A stretch of DNA of 64,000 bases from positions 124,001-188,000 of IMG/VR virus record IMGVR_UViG_3300042482_000702. One strand, given 5' to 3'. The position numbers and the translations under genes were made by a program. The notes under the pieces are model-generated. The model was not told where the DNA came from and searched no databases. It was given only the letters and a program-made list of their open reading frames with translations. Below, piece by piece: positions 58,601 to 64,000 of the stretch (position 1 is its first letter; each line of letters begins with the position of its first letter).

Positions 58601-60621
58601 AACGTAAAACTAACGGAATCCAATAACCCTATTTCATCACCTACATCCATATTAGATTGATTCCATGTTCTATGGAATACCACTTGGTCCCCTGGGTTAG
58701 AGTTACGAACAGACCATCGAGATATTTTAATAGACCCCTGTATTGGGTCTGATAATGTCCAAGTACCGGTTCTAACGTTTGTTGTTCCGTCAACAATACG
58801 ACAATCGTAACTAGCAAATGTTAGTGTTGAAGTACTTGAATATGATTTTGGTGGTGTTGATGTAGGTGTTGGGGTGTTTGTTGGTGTTTTAGTTGGTGTT
58901 TTAGTTTGGGTAGGTGTTTGAGTTGGTGTTTTAGTTTGTGTTGGTGTTGGAGTTTGTGTTCTAGTTTGTGTTGGAGTTTGTGTTGGAGTTTGTGTTGGTG
59001 TTTGTGTTTGAGTTGGTGTCGGAGTTTGTGTTTTAGTTGGTGTGTTAGTTGGGGTTTGTGTTCTAGTTGGTGTGTTAGTTGGTGTTTGTGTTCTAGTTTG
59101 TGTTGGAGTTTGTGTTTGTGTTGGTGTTTGTGTTCTAGTTGAAGTGTTAGTTGGTGTTTGTGTTCTAGTTTGTGTTGGAGTTTGGGTAGGTGTTTTAGTT
59201 GGTGTTGGGGAAGCGTTTGGGGTTACTGTGGGTGTTTTAGTTGGGGTGTTAGTTGGTGTTGAACTTGGGGATAATCCAGGTGTTGGAGTTACAGTTGGAG
59301 TTTGGGTAGGAGTTTGGGTAGGGGTTTGGGTAGGTGTTTTAGTTTGTGTTGGTGTTGGAGTTTGTGTTCTAGTTTGTGTTGGTGTTTGAGTTTGTGTTGG
59401 AGTTTGTGTTCTAGTTTGTGTAGGTGTTTGTGTTGGTGTTTTAGTTTGTGTTGGTGTTTGAGTTGGTGTTGGAGTTTGTGTTCTAGTTGGAGTTTGTGTT
59501 CTAGTTGGTGTTGGAGTTTGTGTTCTAGTTGGAGTTTGTGTTCTAGTTGGTGTTGGAGTTTGTGTTCTAGTTGGAGTTTGTGTTCTAGTTGGTGTTGGTG
59601 TTTTAGTTGGCGTTTTAGTTGGTGTTGGTGTTTTAGTTGGTGTTTTAGTTGGGGTAGGTGTAGGTGTTGGTGATTCAATCCAAATAGTTGTGTCGCACTC
59701 AAAAGATACGGGACCTGATGCTAAATATTGTTTTCTAGGTGATGTTCCATTGTCGGCAATATACATTGTAGTGTATAAGCTTAAATCCGGACTCGTATAT
59801 CGACCAGTTATTAGTGTACTAAAAAATAATGTACTACTATATTCAAAAGATGATGTTGATGATATTTTAAAAGTATACACATCAAGAGGGTTTACAAAAA
59901 ACCCGTCCGTTGGATATATCATATCGCTATCGGTTATTAAATCATGACCCCAAATTGGATATTTGTCACCCATTGCCGTACAACACACCCATGTGGTGTC
60001 AGCATACCATCCGCTATCCGCGTCGCCTTTATTAATCGGGTTAGTTCCGAGAAACCAATGTTTATAATTATTTATGGGTACATTGGAAGTATTACCCGAA
60101 TCATTTGTTGATTTAACTGTCGGATACCCATTTGGGTTAATAGATGCTGTTACTACAATTGTTTTAGAAGAGGAAATAATTTCAACACCATTTTTAAACA
60201 AATGTATTTTAAATGTTAATGACTTATTTGACCAAACACTAATATCTAACCCAACTTCTCTAAGACGATAAATATCCAACGGAGCAAATGAAAAACTATC
60301 ATTAACATTGTTAAAACTAAAACCATTATCATTAGATGTATAATTCGGACTTTTATAATAATTTGTAAATGTTAATTGTGATTTACCATCAAGAGTTGTT
60401 TTTTCAACAACAAATCTTGAAACATTGTCGGGGGATTCAACTCTAACCCCATTGTCTAATGATAATTCTGAATATGATAAATTTGTTGCTAATAATGTTG
60501 ATACACCAGTTGGATTGTATTTTTTGGCAATAGATTTTGTATTACCTATATAATAATAAATGGTATAAATACCATCAACTCCTAATTGGCCATTGGTTAA
60601 TTTTATGTCAAAGTGTCTCAT
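55660..60621 (-). CDS. Multidomain fibre/adhesin-like protein: N-domain, Thr/Pro mucin-like stalk, FISUMP domain, 2x LamG/ConA-like, short TP linker, second FISUMP domain
   Basis: FISUMP motifs W...NL.V..YRNG/DG, YG.LYN, LAP.G..IPT..EW, GF/LSVR; LamG modules LVVHLDAG...SYPG.GT.W.DL.GNG...F.GKI.QV.IYN..LS..EV.QNY. Confidence 0.85.
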   Translation of the reverse strand: MRHFDIKLTNGQLGVDGIYTIYYYIGNTKSIAKKYNPTGVSTLLATNLSYSELSLDNGVRVESPDNVSRFVVEKTTLDGKSQLTFTNYYKSPNYTSNDNGFSFNNVNDSFSFAPLDIYRLREVGLDISVWSNKSLTFKIHLFKNGVEIISSSKTIVVTASINPNGYPTVKSTNDSGNTSNVPINNYKHWFLGTNPINKGDADSGWYADTTWVCCTAMGDKYPIWGHDLITDSDMIYPTDGFFVNPLDVYTFKISSTSSFEYSSTLFFSTLITGRYTSPDLSLYTTMYIADNGTSPRKQYLASGPVSFECDTTIWIESPTPTPTPTKTPTKTPTPTKTPTKTPTPTRTQTPTRTQTPTPTRTQTPTRTQTPTPTRTQTPTRTQTPTPTQTPTQTKTPTQTPTQTRTQTPTQTQTPTQTRTQTPTPTQTKTPTQTPTQTPTQTPTVTPTPGLSPSSTPTNTPTKTPTVTPNASPTPTKTPTQTPTQTRTQTPTNTSTRTQTPTQTQTPTQTRTQTPTNTPTRTQTPTNTPTKTQTPTPTQTQTPTQTPTQTPTQTRTQTPTPTQTKTPTQTPTQTKTPTKTPTNTPTPTSTPPKSYSSTSTLTFASYDCRIVDGTTNVRTGTWTLSDPIQGSIKISRWSVRNSNPGDQVVFHRTWNQSNMDVGDEIGLLDSVSFTLPMINRGSTVAAVDTNDDIYIRDNYVDISTWDGTNWILPFVRRYNGEFFTIQTPGGAVTITVVIPLTETPNKVIIPILGKINQSDGTYSVGNRWAGKNLDVTTYRNGNPLIDASNYTNQQWFALTEGAWCYPNNQINYDEFGNKLPYGRLYNSYAVNDPRGLAPVGFRIPTETEWNNLITSLGGESSGVKMSAEGDLYWIQNDLFRPTNTTGLTILPAGNRSVNNTLGFVNYTDSFKYSASFWASQKIDGNNDTFTINSYNNRILSNYYSSNKMNGLSVRCVVDDIVPSGLVVHLDAGNTDSYPGTGTIWKDLTGNGHNGTFANPQTFDSGSGGSIVFNGINNRVTFGIVPAALRFTNNFTITIWLKFNSLLNPQTIISCKENAGYGIVANYLSPSQLETHFWINGSFTPTAGESILNYNTTSWYNITTTFNGGVINFYRNGNLIQSTSKVGNIAYSILMPLLIGANPTLGPNTVERFFNGKISQVLIYNKALSSQEVIQNYNLTKRRYEIVTSGLLVHLDAGNTNSYPGNGTTWTDLTGNGYNGTFANPQTFDSESGGSIVFNGINNRVTFGIVPAALRFTNNFTITIWLKFNSLLNPQTIISCKENAGYGIVANYLSPSQLETHFWINGSFTPTAGETMSAYNTTSWVNITTTFNGGVINFYRNGNLIQSTSKVGNITYTYFMPLLIGANPTLGPNTVERFFNGKISQVLIYNRGLSSQEVIQNYDATKGRYELSSLPTPTQTPTPTKGTIPPSPSLTPTKTPTPTKTPTKTPTNTPTPTSTIRPTIPSVPIYNQEWSSVNLNVSTYRDGTRIPQSTTEAEWVSYGNNKIGTWRHLDDNPANDAIYGKLYNWFAVNDYKGLAPAGYHIPTDDEWTILINNLGGDGLAGGKMKSTSILWRQPNAGATNSSGFSALPASYIYSYGNFFPSGNGRCGWWSSTDWSITNAYTRELTWDYDDVNRFYLGYDKKSGFSVRLIKD
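56398..57740. repeat. 675-bp tandem duplication encoding two LamG-like domains
   Basis: TATTACTTCTTGTGAGGAAAG occurs at 56431 and 57106; long stretches are identical between the copies. Confidence 0.92.
58853..59675. repeat. Low-complexity tandem repeat encoding (T-P/T-Q/T-R/T-K)n
   Basis: Units such as GTTGGAGTTTGTGTTCTA recur many times; the protein has Thr at every second residue for about 270 aa. Confidence 0.95.
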
Positions 60622-60645
60622 TTTATTTTAATTCTTTTTATTATT

Positions 60646-60672
60646 TTATTATTATTATTATTATTATTATTA
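60646..60672 (-). repeat. (TAA)9 microsatellite forming nine in-frame stop codons
   Basis: tta x9 on the plus strand, starting at the stop codon of the upstream gene. Confidence 0.9.
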
Positions 60673-63600
60673 CCAAATACCACCACTTAAATCATTATAT
60701 GTGTTTGAACTCGCTGATTCATTACCTGATATATCAATAGATTTTACTGACCAACTCATAGGTGCCCCAAAATGGTATCCCCAAGTGTTAATTTGTACTG
60801 TATAAGTATTCCCGAATAGTGTTGGTACAGTTCCACGTGCTGGTACTAAGTGATATACATATGTTTTAAATTCGCCGGGTTCAGTGTAAGATATGATGTA
60901 GTGATGAATCATGTCATTGTCAGTTGAAGCGTTCCAAGAAAAATTAAAATATCTACCAGTTCCGGTTCCAACCTTTGTTCCTGTAAAACTAGTAGGTGCG
61001 GTCGGAAGGACATTAGGGTTTTCATAAAAAGAAGTTTGGATGTCTAAAATTATACCATTGGAACCTATTTTAAATACTAATGGATTAGTTCCTGCTCCAT
61101 ATTGTTGATACCATAGAGAATTTCCATTAAATACTGTAGGACCAGTTTGACCTATATATAATGTCGCCCCTACAACAGCAGTTGAACTGTTGGACCATAA
61201 TGCGGCGAATCTAGAATCGTTGTCGAGTAAGGACGAACCACTGACATTATTGTAACTTTGAAAAATAAAAGATGCGTATTTTGCACTACCCCCACTATTT
61301 GTTGTGTCAATTGAATAAGCATATCTTACGTCAGAGATTAATGGTACTGGTATTTGTTGGACAATGTGGAAAGAATAGTTTTGGTTAGTTAAGTATTGTC
61401 CTGAAGTATTTGTATAACTATGTTGAATGGACATTACAATTCTAGCAGAATAAGTTATTACTTTACTAGGTTCAACACCAAATGTATAAATATCATTAGG
61501 GTCCATATTAACACCGGATAATAGAAACCTAATTGGGGACCAATCATTTGCCACAGTTGATGACGTTACACTATGAAAACGAACATTATTTTTATATATT
61601 ATTAATGTAATTGGGACACCTCCTGTTGCGGATTTTATTTGCAAACCAGCTGTTCTTATACCATAAGTATCTGAACTAAATTCACCATATGGTGAGAATG
61701 AAATAGAATCTTTACTATCATTAAACACAAATCCGTACCTATTTTCAATTGCCGGAGTAAAGTTGTCTGGTTCTAGTCTATATTTAAAGCTTATAATAGT
61801 AGGTGGTGCTGTTAAACATACGGAAGAATTACCAATTGAATATGTGTAATTATTTAATGGACTTTGTGTTATTATTTTGGAAATATACATTTCATTTATA
61901 GTAGTTCCATTAAAAATGGTACCAAAAGGTATTAATGTTTTAAATAATGATGGTGAAGTTGTTGCTGTAAATGTTTTAATGAAATTATTAGTATTTTTAA
62001 CAACGACTTCTAATTTAACAGAATTATATGTTGGTATTGCAGAATTTGTTAATTTATTTACACCAGAAATATAAAATCCTCTTTCAGTTAATGTATCACA
62101 ATTTTCAGAAATATTTAACATTATATCAACCTGTTTTTTATATAAAAATGGGTCATGTCTAATCCAATCAATTAATGGTTGGTAATACCCGTCTGGTGCG
62201 GGAACATAAGTACCACCTGATAATATTAAAAAATCCGTAACACCTGAATAATTGGTTGTTGATGTTTTTTTAATTAAACCCTGATAACATTTTGGGTTAT
62301 TTTCTAATGTTAATGGGTTAAAAACTCTAGAATTATCCATATCTTTACGTAATATATCTAAAGGTATAGGGGAATTAATGTCAAATAAAAACCAATTACT
62401 AATATATGATGGGTAAGGTGATTTAGTTTTAACCTCATTACTTATAGATTTAATTTTTCCGGATTCTATTTGATATGTTTTAATTGGTTGGTTAATCAAT
62501 TTTGATGGGGTTTCTTCATCAAAACCACCGGTCGGAGCTCCCGTATAGTATCCTTTTAAGACTTTTTTACACCCAGAAACATCAAAATAAACAGTTTTAC
62601 CAATAGTTAAACCTAAACTATCTGTATTATTAAAATATAGGGTAGTACTTTCAGATTTAGCAGGAAAAGTAGATGTACCTTCTTCATTCCACGAAAAATT
62701 TGTGTAAATTGACTCTAAAATCCCTATATTTACATCTGGTATAGATACTGAATAATTTCCGACCGTTGTTGCGTATTCGTAAGATGCGTTAAGTAAAAGT
62801 GTTGCCTTATTATCGGCATCTAATTGACTAACGCAACTAAATTCTTGTTTAGCGGGTATACTAATTTTCGTTTGAGTAGGTATTTCTAATTCACAACACT
62901 TATTTGGAACGGCTTTTTCCATTAATGTGCTATAATATATTTGACCTAAACATGTTGGTTCTGGTTTACCGGATGTATATATTAAGATGATTAATCTTAA
63001 AAAATCAGTTATTAATATTGGGTTATCAGGTTGTATCCCTGTTTGTTGGATGTAATTTGAATTTTCAAACGACTCATCAATATAATCGTAAAATACTCCT
63101 GAACATAGTGTTTTAGAGGATATTAAACCATTACTTACTTGGTAGTAATAAATTCCTTCAGAATAAAACCCATTGGGTACTTTTGAGTATTCATTTTTTA
63201 ATAACGATTGGTTTATTTCCATATATGGTGTTGGAACATATCTATGAAGGAACATTTTACAATCTTCAATTAAAGGAGTTACAGTTTTTTTAAAAAAGGC
63301 TTTCAATATCAGGTATACGGCGATTGCCCCAGCAAGAATAGCTAATAGAGGTCCGAGACCTAAACCGAATAAAAGTTTTGCCCCTAAATCTATTGACAAG
63401 GCTTGTCCTGTTATTATTCGGGTGACCCAACCAACACCTTTGTCAAATATCTGAGTTGCAATAAAATTCACCACTTGGGAGTTCTCAAATGCGATAAGTA
63501 GAGCACCTATTAAGGCTACCGTAGCAACATAATTATTTCCGTTTTTCCATGTAAATATCCCTGATAATCCTGCGTTACCCATGATTAACCGCCAATTAGT

Positions 63601-64000
63601 TAAGGTCGGGTCGTAACCGTTTACAATAGCCGAACCCATTTTAATTAATGCGTGGAGAGAACCAATAATTTTATAATGTTCTAATTTAGCAAAGTTGAAT
63701 ACTGTAAAAACATTTTTACTTGAATCATCTCTAATGTTATCGTCATACCCAAGGTAATAACGATAACGAGAAGGTTTGGCTAAATTTGTTTTAAAATATA
63801 TTTCTTTAATTTTACCCACATCACGCAATTTTGGTGTAACACAAGCAGGCGATTCATCTTTAATTGGGTCATAAAATGATTTGGGCCCATCAGTTAATAT
63901 TGTTTGTTCTGTTTTGTTAAATACTCCACCCCATGTCACAATTCTTCGAGAAGTTACTCTATAATTAGTTGTGGTACCAAAGGCTCTATCAATTGGACCA
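60670..64000 (-). CDS. Large virion-associated protein, 5' truncated, with hydrophobic segments and a C-terminal fibronectin type III-like domain
   Basis: The frame stays open from 63939 to the window edge, so the true start is outside. PTAPTSF...FSWNASTDN...VKSIDISGNESASS is FN3-like; FSCVSQLDADNKA resembles DUF5977 repeats. Confidence 0.75.
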   Translation of the reverse strand, partial: GPIDRAFGTTTNYRVTSRRIVTWGGVFNKTEQTILTDGPKSFYDPIKDESPACVTPKLRDVGKIKEIYFKTNLAKPSRYRYYLGYDDNIRDDSSKNVFTVFNFAKLEHYKIIGSLHALIKMGSAIVNGYDPTLTNWRLIMGNAGLSGIFTWKNGNNYVATVALIGALLIAFENSQVVNFIATQIFDKGVGWVTRIITGQALSIDLGAKLLFGLGLGPLLAILAGAIAVYLILKAFFKKTVTPLIEDCKMFLHRYVPTPYMEINQSLLKNEYSKVPNGFYSEGIYYYQVSNGLISSKTLCSGVFYDYIDESFENSNYIQQTGIQPDNPILITDFLRLIILIYTSGKPEPTCLGQIYYSTLMEKAVPNKCCELEIPTQTKISIPAKQEFSCVSQLDADNKATLLLNASYEYATTVGNYSVSIPDVNIGILESIYTNFSWNEEGTSTFPAKSESTTLYFNNTDSLGLTIGKTVYFDVSGCKKVLKGYYTGAPTGGFDEETPSKLINQPIKTYQIESGKIKSISNEVKTKSPYPSYISNWFLFDINSPIPLDILRKDMDNSRVFNPLTLENNPKCYQGLIKKTSTTNYSGVTDFLILSGGTYVPAPDGYYQPLIDWIRHDPFLYKKQVDIMLNISENCDTLTERGFYISGVNKLTNSAIPTYNSVKLEVVVKNTNNFIKTFTATTSPSLFKTLIPFGTIFNGTTINEMYISKIITQSPLNNYTYSIGNSSVCLTAPPTIISFKYRLEPDNFTPAIENRYGFVFNDSKDSISFSPYGEFSSDTYGIRTAGLQIKSATGGVPITLIIYKNNVRFHSVTSSTVANDWSPIRFLLSGVNMDPNDIYTFGVEPSKVITYSARIVMSIQHSYTNTSGQYLTNQNYSFHIVQQIPVPLISDVRYAYSIDTTNSGGSAKYASFIFQSYNNVSGSSLLDNDSRFAALWSNSSTAVVGATLYIGQTGPTVFNGNSLWYQQYGAGTNPLVFKIGSNGIILDIQTSFYENPNVLPTAPTSFTGTKVGTGTGRYFNFSWNASTDNDMIHHYIISYTEPGEFKTYVYHLVPARGTVPTLFGNTYTVQINTWGYHFGAPMSWSVKSIDISGNESASSNTYNDLSGGIW

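Noticed and set aside
58853-59675. CRISPR-like array
   Set aside because: Degenerate codon-phased repeats with no unique spacers; the region lies inside a CDS.
58906-59702. Overlapping ORFs rich in Cys/Trp, Val/Gly or His/Gln/Leu
   Set aside because: Alternative-frame shadows of the Thr/Pro repeat.
1-64000. Stop-codon reassignment as in some jumbo phages
   Set aside because: Conserved genes are full length under the standard code, and TAA, TAG and TGA all terminate genes at sensible positions.
1-64000. tRNA or rRNA genes
   Set aside because: Intergenic gaps are short and AT-rich; no cloverleaf or T-loop signatures were noticed by eye.

Overview
A 64 kb, AT-rich, very gene-dense segment of a large contractile-tailed (myovirus-type, probably jumbo) phage, read in the standard genetic code. 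Most genes are on the minus strand; the main plus-strand block is 39486-44341. Contents: (i) baseplate and tail genes (gp6-like wedge, gp25, two very large hub-like proteins, LysM/gp53-like protein, tape measure, tail assembly chaperone, tube, an enlarged sheath, neck and completion proteins); (ii) a replication and nucleotide block (class Ia nrdAB, DnaB-like helicase, 5'-3' exonuclease, RecA, gp32-like SSB, SNF2 helicase, family B polymerase); (iii) an accessory block at 47-64 kb. The strongest candidate for an undescribed system is at 48406-60621. There a fibre-like gene with a ~270-aa mucin-like Thr/Pro stalk is followed directly by a GT60 polypeptide GlcNAc-transferase and six more glycosyl-/O-methyl-transferase genes, suggesting a phage-encoded mucin-type O-glycosylation pathway for the virion. 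Other notable signals are a candidate +1 frameshift (UUU UUU CGG) in the tail chaperone gene, a Mn-SOD fused to a PD-(D/E)XK-like domain, recurring (L/I)-x-E leader motifs, a strand-following TATTTAT motif upstream of about 15 genes, and a BppU-like/papain-protease fusion. All domain calls come from reading motifs by eye; no database searches were run.
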